In this document: positions 1-13,300 of the stretch, in pieces
How positions within the stretch are numbered: the stretch's first letter is position 1
Layout: every line of letters starts with the position of its first letter
Assembly (NCBI GenBank): GCA_905178155.1
Contig: CAJINV010000008.1
Location: 1,426,001-1,490,000, forward strand
Direction of reading: 5' to 3'
Length of the DNA stretch: 64,000 nt
Source of the DNA: Amoebophrya sp. A120
Lineage: Eukaryota; Protista; Dinoflagellata
Position numbers and translations under genes: made by a program
Notes under the pieces: generated by a model
Told to the model about the DNA's origin: nothing
Database searches by the model: none
Seen by the model: the letters and a program-made list of their open reading frames with translations, nothing else

Positions 1-782
1 AGTTTTCAATGTGTTATCACGTGTCGCGGCTACGGTTGCGATCTCTGCGCTGCCAGGGACCAGGGTATGTCACAGTCACTGCGGCGGGTGTGTTTCGTTG
101 TCTCTCTCTGTCATCATCGACGACATTCTACTTCTTGTTTTCGTCACGAAGCCATGGCATTTAGAGGGCCCGGTAGCCCTGCGTGTCTGGTGCTGCTGCT
201 GCAGGCGAATTTCAATTTCTTATACGCCTTGTCTCCATTCGAAGCGAAAAAAAAATTGAAAAGGGTACTTAGCGTGTCGACAACCACACGACTTCTACTG
301 CTTCATGTTCATCATCATCATCATGTGTGATGTTGATTCAGATCCATGACTGCTTCGTATTGCCGGCGATGTTCGGAAACAATTTTTTGTGGTTCAACGA
401 AAATGTTGACAGCGTCTCGTTCCTGGTTCTTGTCCTCACAGTCGCGTTTTTATTTGGTACGTGAGTACTACCCGATCTTGATGACCCTGGAAGTGGAGAA
501 ACGAAAATTATCAAACACAATCAAGAAGCAGCGACATACAGTAGGTTCGCTTCTTCGAGATTTTCTGTTGTCTGCTGAAAGGTAAACATCCGGGCTCTAC
601 CAAGACAAATTTGTTTTGTCCACCTCCTCCGCCGCTGCATTGGTCGTCGTCGATTGCTTTTCTTATTTTGCGTGTTTCCTTAAAAGTCGTGAATAATTGA
701 AAAGAAGATGACGTCCAGTGGCTGTAAAAACATCAAGAAGTTTTCTCGTGTGCACGTGGTCCCACCTTCGGAGGTCCTCGCA

Positions 783-3700
783 ATGTTATTGTGCTTATGT
801 GTTGCGTGCCTGTCATTGGTGCATGCGGCCGTTCCACTGCAGCCGTCTGTTGCTAACATCCGGCATGAGGCGCTTGTTCAGGAGTTGCCGCTGCCGAAGG
901 TTGCTAGTTTCTATCCAAAGTCAGCCAGCAAGTTGCCGCCTTCGTTAGGCGTCGATCTGCCGCAAGTGGCAGCTCGCCCGCGGACACTCTTGGAGCACCA
1001 ACACTTCTTGCACAAAAACGGCGAGTCGTTACGCGTTCCAACGGTCGGTGGCGTGGCTGGTGCAGGGGACCTTTCTACGGCGCTCCTTTCTCCGAGTCAA
1101 AAAAGTAGCACTGTGACGTTCTACACCGGAGTGCCCATCGACAATGTTCCATCATCTGCTGGCAATTACAAAAAGAAGACAACTACACCTCCGTCAAAAA
1201 ATCACGGGGAGCTTTTCCTCAACACCTTTGGAAAGGAACCTGACGTCCACCACGATTTGACGGATGAGCACCATGATGCTGTTAAATATGACCAAGGCAG
1301 CACAACACCGGACGAGAAGAAAGATGTTGCAGCAAAAATTGTGGGCATCGCTCCTGCGAATAAAGTGGACCACGCGAGTCCGAGCGCCAGTGGCACTGTC
1401 GGGAAGTCGTTCGATTCTTCGCTTGACAATTCTGTCTCATCGACTCGCGACATCGAAGATGACGAAAACGATCTTCCTCAGAAGATGGATGTGGACGTCG
1501 AGCAGAAGGGTTCACCAGCTGTGGCTAAAGCGCGACCCACGATTGACAGCTCGAGCATGTCGTCTACGTCTACTGTCATGGATGCGACGAGGGAAGAGCA
1601 CGACGATGACGATGACGAACAAGCGCACTCTACTATCCTGAGTAAAAACGTCCCCACCCCAGAGTTGTAATGCAGATTTGCAAAGACAGGAAGACTTGTA
1701 ATGCGCATCCCGATGAGAGCCATTTCCAATCGTGTTTTGGAATTTGTGATGCTGTGAACAGGATGAGCAGATGAATCTGTGACGCGGCTGCACTTGCTAA
1801 CCTGCCCTACACTGCGGAGTGCAACTTGTCATGCGTGACTCACAAAACTCCTAGGTTTGTGTTGCAAAATCCCCATCCTGACTCTGGTGTGGGGACGTTT
1901 TTACTCAGGATATGTACCAGCATGGTGTTTGAGAGCGAGGAGCAGGAGCAGCTGCCCGAGGCGCCCCCGAAAAGTTCCATTCCGCAGATGCAGATCAAGA
2001 GCCCCAGTTTGGCTCCTCCGGCGGGGCGGGGCGTGCACCAGCTGCAACGTGACGACAGTGCTGAACAAGCGTTCCTGATTGGCACAAAGCACGGACCGAC
2101 CTCCAAGAGTAGCGCGACGGCCGCGCACCACGACCAACCTCCTGTGTATGCGACCACGGAGGTTCGGGGAAGAACAACAACCAGCGGAGAGCTGCCACTG
2201 GCGGCAAGCGCAAGACATTCTCCTGGTGCAACTACTGAGAAGCTTGACTATTTCAACAACGCGACAAGAACAACTGCTGCTGTCGTCCCTACAACGGAAG
2301 GGGTACAACCACATGAGACCACCGTCGCAAAGATGAGAAAGCCACCGTCAGGTGCAGTTGTTGTTCCGCATCAAGCGGTGATTCCGCAAATGCAAATCGG
2401 GGTGCACGAGCGAGAGTTTCTCGAAAGGTTCTACAATCCCAATTCCTTGTCACCCAACAAAATCAAGAGTGCGCTGTTAATTCCGCGGACGGCGACCAGG
2501 ACGGAGATGGGGCAGGAACTTTCTCCACATGAGGACCCGCAGCGGGCGGCGGCTCCGGGCAGCTCCAGTGAGCAATTGCATCCGCGTACCAACGCTGAGC
2601 TGATCGGGAAGCAAGTGCGGTTTACACTGCATGCCTTGTTACACGAGGCAAATATGCTTCAGGTGTCTGTTGCCGATGTTATGACAGAAAGAGCAGGTCG
2701 TGGTCGTGCTGTGCGTAAATTGCCAAATATCGATACATAGTTCCGCTTCATCAATCTGTTCGTGTTTCATGCAGCTCCAATTTTTCCTTCAGCGTGTTCT
2801 CTCCTTTTGCCTAGTTGGGACGGAACGCAATGGCGCGGTTTCTGGTCGTGGCAGTTTTCTATGTATAGAAAGCGCTACTGTTTTTTACGCTAGTACTAGA
2901 AAGTACCTGATTATTTGGCAATTTGGTTAAGCAGCTGTTCGTTTGCATAGTTGTGCTCGGCGACCAAGTGGTACGGAAACTGTTTTTCCAGCTTGCGTAT
3001 GCTGTGCAAAAGTATCGTACTCGTATAAATGCAGGTCTTGCATTACAAATTTCTTTGTCAAGGCAAATCGAGATCAGCATTACAAATTTCATTTCTCATG
3101 CTGAGAAAATTTGTAATGCATTTATACGAGTGCGATACTTTTGCAGTTCATATTGCGCGTGAATTGACGAAGCTGCATTTTACTACGGCGCACGGCTACC
3201 TGACGCCGGAGAACGTGATTGTCAGCTATGTCGGTGGGGACGAGTTCGAAACCCTCGACGTGCAATTGCGGCACGTGAAGCCGAAAACCTGGGACACTTT
3301 TGACGACGATCAGGGCGAGCAGGACTTTTCCGGCGGCAAAGCGGATGTGGCAGAGCTCCTCCTGCCAAGCTTCTACAACTACCTGTGTCCGGAGACTGTC
3401 GGATGGCGGGAGCAATTTCGTGTCCGCGAAACCTCGTCGAGCAAGAATGCCGGCACGCTGCAAATGGGCCAGCAGATTGCAAAGGAGCAAGACGCTTACG
3501 CGCTCGGTGTCATGTTGTACGAGCTGTATCGCGGCCGGAAACTCTTTGTGACGCCCGAGCAATTGGTAAGTGGTCTCGCCGATCGCAGCAGCGACGAGCA
3601 GAAGCAGATAACGGCGCACTCAATATCGCTGATCTACCAACAGATTCTGGAATTGACACCGGACAAGCTGCGGCGCCTCATGCTCATGCGGCTGGACAAG

Positions 3701-6700
3701 AAGCGCAGCAAGTACCAACCGCAAATGTGCCTGTCTCTGACCATGTGGTCCCGCTGGCTGGAGATCCAGATCTTCATATTTTTCGTTCTCACTCTTTTTT
3801 CGTTTGGATTTTTTTCTCATTCTCCTTTGCATTGCGCATACGAAATCCCACAGCAAAATCAAACCGTGGCGGCCCTTGTCTCTCACTTGTAATACGCTTA
3901 GCATCTTGACATATGGCCGGGATGGACGGCGCCCACCGTTTTTACATCCTGGTTGGTGCTGAAGCTGCGTTACAATTTTTTGAGTTGTGTTATCGCAGCA
4001 GCAGCGCGTGACTCCTGCTGTCGGCGAGGACTAAAGACGCAGGGCATATTGGCACTGCATAGGGCGTCCGGCGGAGCGGTTCCGACGTCGCCAACTTCCC
4101 CGTACCCGCCCGTCGCGAGCTCCCAGAGCTTGGACCCCAGTGTCCTGCTCTCCGAGTCCCTGCACAACGAGAACCTGGAACAAATGCAGAACAGGAGCGT
4201 GGGCTGGACAGGAGGCGGGGGCAACGGCACGATCAACAGCCAGGCGTCCGCCGGCAGTTCCTCCGGTGATCACTGGTACACCGACCTGGGGTCGTCCACG
4301 CAGGTCGGGACCACCACATCCTCCGGCCGGCGTGCGCACAAAGCAATCCCGAAAGCCGCACAGGACCTGATCCAGCAGCTCCTGATATCCAGGAAAAAAC
4401 ACCCATCCCCATCCAATTTGTCATGCAAAACGTGCATAAAATCCACTCTTTCTATTTGTCATGCACAAAATGGATGGGGATGGGTGTTTTTTCGTGGATA
4501 CCTGAACCCGCATCGGAAGAGCCGCGGGCTCAAGCCCTCGGCGGTTCTGCAGCACCCATTTCTGCTCCGGTTCGAGACTTGTGGCGTGAGCGGCGATAGC
4601 GGATCGAACACCGCGAGGAGCACCGCGAGCAACAACGGCAGCGGGACCAACGGCAACGCACAGCAATCTTCGTCCAACAAAGTGGTACTCGGCACGGGGT
4701 CTTTCGGGCGGGTCTGCAAGGCGGTTTTTCTGGAGCGGTACCCCGTGGCCGTGAAGATTGTGCGGCGGAAGTTCGTCCCCTACGTGGTGGCGGAAAAGCT
4801 GGTGTCCGCCGGCGTGGACCAGAAGGGCGATCCGATCACCGACCCCCGGGAGCGGAAGGCCATGGACCGGGACCTGCAGCTGTCGAAGCAAGAGCAGGGA
4901 AACTACGAGAAGGAGCGGTATTTATTGAATCTGTGTCGCGCGAACGAAAAGGACCACCTGGAACAACTGCAGAAGGAAAAGATGGAGTCCAAGCTGCTCG
5001 ACGACGAGTGGGTGATTAAGGTCGCCGAGGAAATCACGCGGAGCATCCAGCAGTCCAGCGGCGAGGGGGAAGACGAGGTGCTGTCCGATATGCATTGCAA
5101 AAATATCGTACTAGTAAAAGTCGCATCACAAATTTCCTCAGCATGAGAAACAAAATTTGTAATGCTGATCTACCTTAAGAAAATGCATGATCGCAATACG
5201 AGTGCGATGCTTTTGCACAGCATATCCGAGCACCAGCGGCAACACTCGAATGCGTCGACGAATACCACCGCGGAGACGGTCAGCGGGGCCAGCGCGGCTG
5301 GGTACAGCAGCGATTCGGACACGGAGCTGAACAGTCTGGAGGAGGCGGAGCGGCTCGCGGAAAAGAATTCGGAGGTGCTCAGTGCGGAGGAGTACCGGGA
5401 AAAGTCCTATACGGTCTCTCTGCACGAGTCCTTCGAAACGTACGACAGCTTTTTTCTGCTGACGGCCTTCGTCCCCGAGTCCGAGGAGTTCGAGAAATAC
5501 TTCCGGAAGCACGCCAACGCAAAACAGAAGGACCTCCAGCGGTTCTGGCTGCAAAACAGCGGCGTCGACCCCGCAAGCATCCAGCTGATGTATCGTGCGG
5601 GAAAATGCGTCTACGAGAAGTCACTTTCTTCATATTTAGTTTTCATGAACGAGTTTATTTTACGGACCACGACGGATCTGTCACTGCGCCATTATCTGCA
5701 CAGACATTCTTGTCGTCCTTTCGTGCTTTCTTCTATATTTGGCTAGGGCTTTTTAGAGGCATTCATTTTCACTTTCATACACTGGTTGCCGGCGGAGGCA
5801 ACAACCAAATGACACCCCAGCAACAGGAGATGCTCTTCCAGCAGGCCATGCTGGCTGCCGCGGCGTCCGGCCATGCCGGCGGTGCTGTAGCAGCCGGAGT
5901 TGGCGGCTATCCGCTGAGTCTCGGAGGTCCAGCGTCTTCGGGCGCTGCTCCGGGGGCGGTTGCTTCCGTTACCCACCCGCCCTCCGTGTTCCCGCTCCCG
6001 CTGGAGGCAATTCGAAAGTATTTTGCACAGATGGCTCTGGCTCTGCTGCGCTACCAGATGACGCCGGAGGGGAAGATTCGCGAGAAAAACGTCCTGGTGC
6101 ACCGGGACATCAAGCTGGAGAACATGCTCCTGTCGAAGAAGAAAGACAAGGTGGTGCTCATTGACCTCGGGCTGGGCGCCGTGCAACCGGGAAAATCTGG
6201 GCAGGTCCGCGGGGAGGTGGGGACCCCCTACTACGTGGCCCCGGAGGTGCTTTCGGGCGCACCGTACAACGCGCAGTGCGACGTGTGGTCGCTTATCCAG
6301 GAAAAAACACCCATCCCCATCCAATTTGTCATGCAAAACATGCATAATTTGCACTGTTTGTCATGCAAAAAATGGATGGGGATGGGTGTTTTTTCCTGGA
6401 TATCGCTGGGAGTGGTCCTGTTTCGCCTGCTGTGCAACCGGTACCCGTTTCCGGGCTCCGAGGCGGAAACCGTGTATCGGAAAATCCGGAAGTCCAATCC
6501 CGAGTGGCCCTCCAAGGTGGAACCCTTTGTGCCGAAGGACGCGAAACTGTTGGTGGAGGCGATGCTGACCAAGAACCCGAAGTCGCGCATCACCCTGGAC
6601 CAGGTGCTCCGGTCCGAATTCGTGGTGAAACTCCCGAAGTTGCTTTACATGAACTTGGGTATCCCCTACAGCATTTCCTACTACAAAAAAGAACTTCTTC

Positions 6701-7783
6701 TCATGCAGCAACAGGCGGAGAAGCGCCGGCAGTATCTGGCGCAACTCGTGCAGCTAAAAAAAGAGCAGGAGCAGCGGAAGGTGATCCAAGGAGCACTCCC
6801 AAAGATGCAGTACGACGTGGAACGTTCTGCGTCTCTAGTACCCGCGCCGCTATTTGGTAACTTTTTTCCGGGGCAGCTGCCTGTGGTCCATGATGCTCAT
6901 CGCTTGCACACCCACCTTCCGGCGACAGCGGGATCGGTTCCCCGCACGTTTCAGCCGCTGGCATTCCAATCGGACGACGCGCGCGACCACTCTCGTGGCT
7001 CTTCATCGCAACTGATGACCGCAAGTGCGGCCAGTGGCAACATGTATGGCCCGGTTAGCTGTGACATTTTCAGCTGTTACAGTTTCTCGCTTCAATATGA
7101 ATATCGGTTACGGTTTTTGATGCAATGCATAGAATAAAGTTGGGTTTGGGAACAACGCAATGAAAGCACTAAAAGAGGGAACCAAGATTTCGGCGCAGCT
7201 TTGTGGTCACGGTAGAATTTTTTGCAAATGTCGTGGGCATCATAAACATAATCGCGCTATAGTGGTGCAGCACTTTGCAAACTACGTGCGCTACCTACCA
7301 CGTAGGGCCTTGATATAATCCCTCCAAAATCGGATACCTGCGCTGGTTCTATTGCATCCCAAACAAAGCATGACTAAGATGATACAGCTGTGAATGCACC
7401 ACCTGAGCGGGGCATACGGACGGCGACTCGTTTCTGGAACGACTGCAGAGGCACCTGCATCCAGCGTTGGCGGCTCAAACCGATTTTTTGGCGCCCCGAG
7501 GAAGCAGTATGGGTTCACAACAAGTCTCGGACGATATGACAGTTCACAACTCCCCCTCCCCCTGATTTGTCATGCAAAATACAATCCAATGAATCCACCC
7601 GTTGCCTCTTGGTCTTGGCACTGTTTGCATGACAAGCTCTGGTAGCCCCAATAGCACTATACTCCAGTGCAATTTTGTCATGTAAAACCGGCACTCTTGC
7701 TGATGCTTGTATTGCCGTTCATGGTATACAAATGAGGGGGAGGGGGAGTTGTGCACTTTCATAGACGAGCACATGTTCTCTGA
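783..7783 (+). CDS. Multi-exon putative secreted pseudokinase + Ser/Thr protein kinase (tandem kinase domains)
   Basis: N-terminal MLLCLCVACLSLVHA signal-like peptide (upstream in-frame ATG at 708). Degenerate first domain: EREFLERF, HGYLTPENVIV, YLCPE, DAYALGVMLYELY, DLIQQLLNP..LQHPFL. Intact second domain: GTGSFGRV, VAVK, HRDIKLEN, DLG, GTPYYVAPE, DVWSLGV. ORFs join in frame after removing eight TIR elements. Junctions near 2615-2934 and 3730-4000 are not precisely resolved. Confidence 0.75.
1634..1912. mobile_element. TIR introner element (279 bp)
   Basis: TIR tatcctgagtaaaaacgtcccca...tggggacgtttttactcaggata; flanks tctac/tgtac; removing 284 nt fuses ORF 708 to ORF 1826 in frame. Confidence 0.9.
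2998..3152. mobile_element. TIR introner element, family B (155 bp)
   Basis: ~36-bp TIR tatgctgtgcaaaagtatcgtactcgtataaatgca; TSD ttgcg; removing 160 nt gives FFQLA|RELTKLH. Confidence 0.92.
4386..4500. mobile_element. TIR introner element, family A (115 bp)
   Basis: 30-bp TIR tatccaggaaaaaacacccatccccatcca; TSD cctga; removal gives DLIQQLL|NPHRKSR. Confidence 0.95.
5089..5224. mobile_element. TIR introner element, family B (136 bp)
   Basis: TIR tatgcattgcaaaaatatcgtact / agtgcgatgcttttgcacagcata; TSD tccga; 141-nt in-frame removal. Confidence 0.9.
5591..5779. mobile_element. Degenerate TIR introner element
   Basis: TAT...ATA ends, weak IR, flanks tgatg/cactg; element+5 nt restores frame (QLM|VAGGG). 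Confidence 0.6.
6294..6402. mobile_element. TIR introner element, family A (109 bp)
   Basis: Perfect 30-bp TIR; TSD tcgct; removal restores kinase subdomain IX DVWSLGVVLF. Confidence 0.97.
7045..7400. mobile_element. Degenerate TIR introner element
   Basis: Residual IR (agctgt..cat.tt), flanks acatg/acctg; element+5 nt restores frame. Confidence 0.5.
7535..7763. mobile_element. TIR introner element (229 bp)
   Basis: 36-bp TIR tatgacagttcacaactccccctccccctgatttgt; TSD gacga. Confidence 0.92.
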
Positions 7784-10317
7784 GGAAGAGACGGAGCGGG
7801 CAGTATAAAGTAGAACTCGCACCACTGAGTTCTGATTTAGATTTTATTTTTGTTTGTCTCGTCTACCTCTACTCTCTCTGGCTTCTCGAGGATTCTTGTC
7901 GAGAACATGTAGGAACATCTGTCTCTAGTAACACTAGAAAAGTGCAAAAAGCTCAAGCAAATCAAACAACAACAGCAGCCCAAGCGTATATCCTCAAAAT
8001 TGGAGGCGAGCAACGCGAAGGACCGCTATGCGCCATCGTTTTATGCGAACAGTGTGTCCCAGGGTTTTATTCAAATCTGAAGATCATTCTGACTCAGTGT
8101 ATTCCAATTGAAAATTTCTCATCTCTACCGTGTACTTGTTCGTTGCAACCTGCCGCAGCTCCATCACGAGCATGACCTTTCCATGTCGTCTAGGTTTCGG
8201 CGGGATCAATTTTCCACCGTGACTGACGACAACCATAGCGATAATCTGACAAGATATTCAGCATGATGAAGCCCTAGGAGTGGATCATCGTGTTTGCCCT
8301 CTCAGCGTCAGCACTCGTTCCGGACGCTAGGTCGAGCTGTGCCCGCATGCAGATGAAGTATCAACGACCGGACGAAAAAAGGAAAAATGACACTGAAGAT
8401 ACGTAGGTATGCACATGCAGTTGGTGTCCCTCACGCTTAATACAGCTGTTCGACGAGGTTTACATAAAAACACTGCTTCTTGGATGAAATGTTAAGTACA
8501 CGGGGGTATTTTCACTGAAGTGTTTTGATCCATAGCTTCGGCTGCGCTTGCCAACGGGACACGACAACCTCCACACGAGAAGTAGGTCTGTAGGAACAAA
8601 CAGAGAGGACAACTCCACGAAACAAACCTGGGGGATGTCAGCAGAGTAATATTCGGTACTGTGAAAAGGGCACCCACCAGGTTCAGGCAACACCAACAGC
8701 TCGTCGAGTCTGGATGTTTACTTTTGAAAATTTTGCGAGCTCTGGTGACCACGACCTACATCACGGAAACATAAGCAAATAGCTTTTGATGAAGGAAACG
8801 AATAAGTACTACGTTCTTGCGGTCGTCTTTGGGATGTTTCACCTGAATGTCTCCGACAAGAACGGCAGAGCCGGAAGCTGCTGCAGGCGACATCAATCCG
8901 TAAACCCTGTATAATAGTTTCTTGAATTTGTAAGAATAGTGCGTAATAATAACTTTTCATTTTTATACGAACTGATATAGTACTGGCATGGGCTACTTCT
9001 GTTGTAAGTCGCTAGATTTGCAGCAGCGCAGCTAATGCTCATGAGGAAAATTGTGTCTGCCAAAACGAAAAGCCAACCCTATTTGAAACCCTGTTGTTGT
9101 CTGCCAAAATGCAAAAGTGAATTATGAATGGAAAAAATGCTGTTGTTGAAGAAAAACAGCAAGAAACACAATTTGAAATTACGAAATTAAGCAAGCAACA
9201 GAGCGTGTTTGTTTCTGTACCGATTATCGTGACTAAAACGGGATGCGCACTCTTTGTGACTGTACGCATGTTCCTTCGCCCCTTTCTGTGATTGATTCTG
9301 GTGGTTTTCTTCATCTCTTACAGCAACACATCAGAAAAGCCTCTTCTACGCGAAGAGCGTGGTGTAGTCGTTTCGTGCAAGGTATAATGCAACGACATTG
9401 GTAACAAACTGGTGCTCGTCACCAAGCACCGGCTCCTCGTCTGCAGCAAAAGGTTTGGATTAGGTAGCAGCCGAAGGGAGTATTTTCGTAAATATTGCTC
9501 TCGGGGAGGACACAGACCTCCCGTGCTCATTCATCGATGATGTCGGGCCTATCATAGGAGTAACCAAGAAGAAAGAGGCTAAAGATGAATCTTGTTGTGC
9601 AAATTCTTACTCGTCCCCTCGTCCACATCAACATTACATCGATCTTAACCTGCTCAATGGAAGTGCAAAGAGAGACATAGAGCGAGCACAGAACAATGAT
9701 CTGTAGCGGAAAGTGATCTTTTTTCTCGACACTCAGGGATCGTGTCGATTGGAATTGCACTCGTGTAGACAGTCGGATGTCATTCGATTCGTATCGAGTA
9801 TTATCGTGCATTTATGGGTCGTGGCGCAACCCAAAATGTAAATGCCGGAGTCGATTTGCATGGAATGTGAACGACGATTGTATGCCTTTGGCTTTTTTTT
9901 TAGACGAGGCAAGTATCATTACTAGACACTGGAGAGGGAGTAGATTGATAGTGATTCTTAGTTGCAAAGTAAAAGATATGACGAGACGAGTATCTTTTTC
10001 AATGTGTAGCTAAGGGTAGAAGCAATGAAGATGATGTCTTGAATAAAGTCATCAAGGTATCAACTTTAAAACAGAACAACCTGCTTACTGAGAAATTTAA
10101 CGGTTCCATTTTCCTCTTGATGATGTGCACCTGCAGGGCCGGCGTGCTCCTGTGAATTGGATTCATTTCTCTTCACCCTCCCGGTTGTTGAGGAGCGAGG
10201 AATTGGTTGCAAGTAGTCTCGTCTTTTTCCATTCAGTTCCACTTGCGAGCTATCAAAAAATCACCCCATCGTTGTTGACGCTGTGGCCACGGGTCCGGGT
10301 GAAACGCGCGCAACGAG

Positions 10318-13300
10318 ATGTCTGAGCCTGTGCCAGTGCCGGAAGAAGAGCAGGCAATGCTGCCGAACCCTTTGCAGGTTTCGGACGAAGCGGAGACGGA
10401 GAGCCTGCGGCGACGCGTGCGGAGCACCAAGATCGACATCGACGACGAAGAAGATGCGGGTGATCACGTTGCGAGAGAAGTTTCTAGTGGTTCAGCATCC
10501 CGCACAGGGGCTGAGAAGTCCCGCGGCGCGCGTCCACGGGCGTCATCTTTTCACTTCTCTTCGGATATCACACAGAAAAAAACTGGCAGGTCATGTTTGT
10601 AATGCAAAAATAAATAGACAGAAACATTTGTATTGCGTATCCTAAATAGCATGCTATGAGGCCGCCCATGACAGATCTCTCTGTGTATTTATGGTCCCTC
10701 AGGGCATTGCCCCGTTGCTCGCTCTTGGCGGGAGGTGGTTGAGCTTTCTTCGGGAAGAGTTGCCGGAGTTGAATTGGCTCTTGCCTTTTCATTTGTGAAA
10801 TCGAGGGCAGCGGTTGGCAGAGGTTGTGCGGGATATTCAGTTTTTGTTCAACAAAAACTGAATATCCCGCACAACCTCTGTGCGGGATATTACCCGGGAC
10901 ATTTGTGTTCCTTACCCACTTTCTCATTTCCTGGTTGACCAGTTGGTATGGTCGACTATAGGTGCCACCCTCGTTTCTCACCTCCAGGGGTCCTGGGCAC
11001 CTCACCATTGATGTTTCACTTGGTGGAAGATGACAGGGCTCTACGAGCTATTAGGGGTGTCTATTGTCTATTTATTTTTGCATTACAAATATGCCCTGCC
11101 AGCTTTTTTCTGTGGGATATCGGAACGGCCAACCAAGCTCAACTCTGCCAGGGGTCTCGGCTCGCAAGACGATGATTTCGGTGACTATCTCGAGGTGAAA
11201 TGGGACGACCCGCACTTCAACTTTTTCTACCTGAGCACACGCAAAGACCAAGAGCCGGGGTGGACCCTCAAGCCTCCCGTGCTGATGCTGCTCCTCGTGT
11301 TCTGCATTGGCGCTGGAATCGGGGTGATCAACTTATCCGAGATGAAATTTTCACTACAGCCCCCAAAAATTTGTACTGTTTTTTGGTCTATCAATGAATG
11401 GAGCAGTATACTATCTATTTACGCATGAATCTTCGTATGCGCATTTACATTTTTTGACAAATTGAGATCGAAAGGGCGAGGGTGAAGATTTTAGCCAGGA
11501 CACATTTGGGCCCTGCACCAGTGGGTGCACTTTGTGCAACACTTCTGGATGCACGACGTTCTCAAGAGTTACACGTATACGCCGGCCGTTGAGAACGAGA
11601 CCGACTCGCGCCCGAGCGCCTTCACCTATGCGGCTATCTTCTTTGGCCTGATCGCGTCGGCGGTGATCTGCGGTGTGCTGACGCGGTACGTGGAACCGGA
11701 GTGTGCCGGCGGCGGAAGTTTGGCGATCAAAGCGGCTATCGCGTACAATCAGCCCGTGACGCTCCGAGCGGGAATCATTCGCTTCGTCCTCACGGGGATC
11801 TACCTCGGCTTCCTGAACCCGCTTGGTGTCGAGGCACCTACACTGCAGGTGGTTGCTGCCTGGGGCTGTTTCGTGTACCAGCTGTTCGGCTCCGTGTTTG
11901 GCAGCCACTGGTTCCCCGACAAGCATCTGCACCTGGTCATTGTGTGCACCGTCGGTGCCGGCGCTGCAGCAGCCTTCAACTGTCCCATTGGAGGAGTGCT
12001 CTACGCCATCGAGGAATATCGAAATATCGTGGCCCAGAGCCCGCAGCGCACGTTGGTGGTGCTCACCATTTCCGTGGTCGCCGTGCAGTACAGTCGTCAG
12101 ATTCTCGGATCGGCGTTTTTCTTCCAGAATTTCAATCTTGTCGACATGGGGCTACAGGCGTGGATGCTTCTCTGCTTTCCTTTCGGTTGCCTTCTCGGCG
12201 GTCTTGGTGTTTTCTTTCAGAAGCTCACGCTTACGTTTCGGGCGATGATTCTATCCAGGAAAAAACACCCATCCCCATCCATTTTTTGCATGACAAACAG
12301 TGCAAATTATGCATGTTTTGCATGACAAATTGGATGGGGATGGGTGTTTTTTCCTGGATAGATTCTTCGCCGGCAGCAGAAGAGCGAGAAGATGGCTCGA
12401 ATTGGCATCTTCGCGAAAGGCTTCATGGCAGCACTGGTGTCCTTCGCTGTAGGAGGGTTGTCGTGTTTCCTGACCGAGGCTTTCATGAACAAGCATGCAA
12501 ACACGACACAGCAGAATGGTTTTGCCGTCTGGGGAACGAGTACTATTTGTTCTTTCCTCATTCCTTACTAATAGCACGTCGTGGATACTTGCCAATAGCA
12601 GGTTGTGGTGAAGACGTTGCAATCACATTCTGAGAATGTGACTCCCTAAACTTAGCTAGAATGATCCACCTGTTCCACCTATGCAAGAACGTTGCATACA
12701 ACGCATACCTAAAGAACTTATTGCATCACAGGTAAAGGTGCGCTGGAGTGGTTTGTGTCTACGACTTGGGCACAATTTCCGCGTGGTTATTTTTGGTTTG
12801 TGATCGCAGTATTCACGTTCCTGAAAGTCACAGTGGTGTCCTTCTCTGTGGCGGCTGGCGGCAACGGTGGCATCTTCGCTCCAACGTTGGTCATTGGCGG
12901 TCTCGCTGGCCTGGCCTTTGCGTTGCTCATCGGCGACACCTTCGGATGCAGCAATCCGCCCTTTCTCTCAAGCACGCTCGGCACCGCGACCGCACTGGAC
13001 GACGGCAACGCAGCAACTGTGGACGTGCTCTTTCAGAAGCCGTTGGACGAAGTCGCACTTCACGGGGGCAAAGCGGGAATGCTTTCGACTGTCTCGTCAT
13101 CATCTTCATCCGACATCAGCATGATTACCACCTCGACGACCACAACCTCCGCGCTTACCCAGGGCGAGCAGCTACAAGCAAGCAAGCTCGGTTCCTCAAC
13201 AGCAGAGGAGATTGTGAATTATTCCGCATCGGAGTACTACGCGAAAACCCACAAGTATCTGCCGTGGCCGCGGGAGCTCCGCATATTTCCGGTTCTCGGC

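Noticed and set aside
7800-10300. RNA genes or a dinoflagellate spliced-leader relic in intergenic DNA
   Set aside because: No tRNA, rRNA or CCGTAGCCATTTTGGCTCAAG-like match seen by eye; a covariance-model scan would be needed to exclude them.
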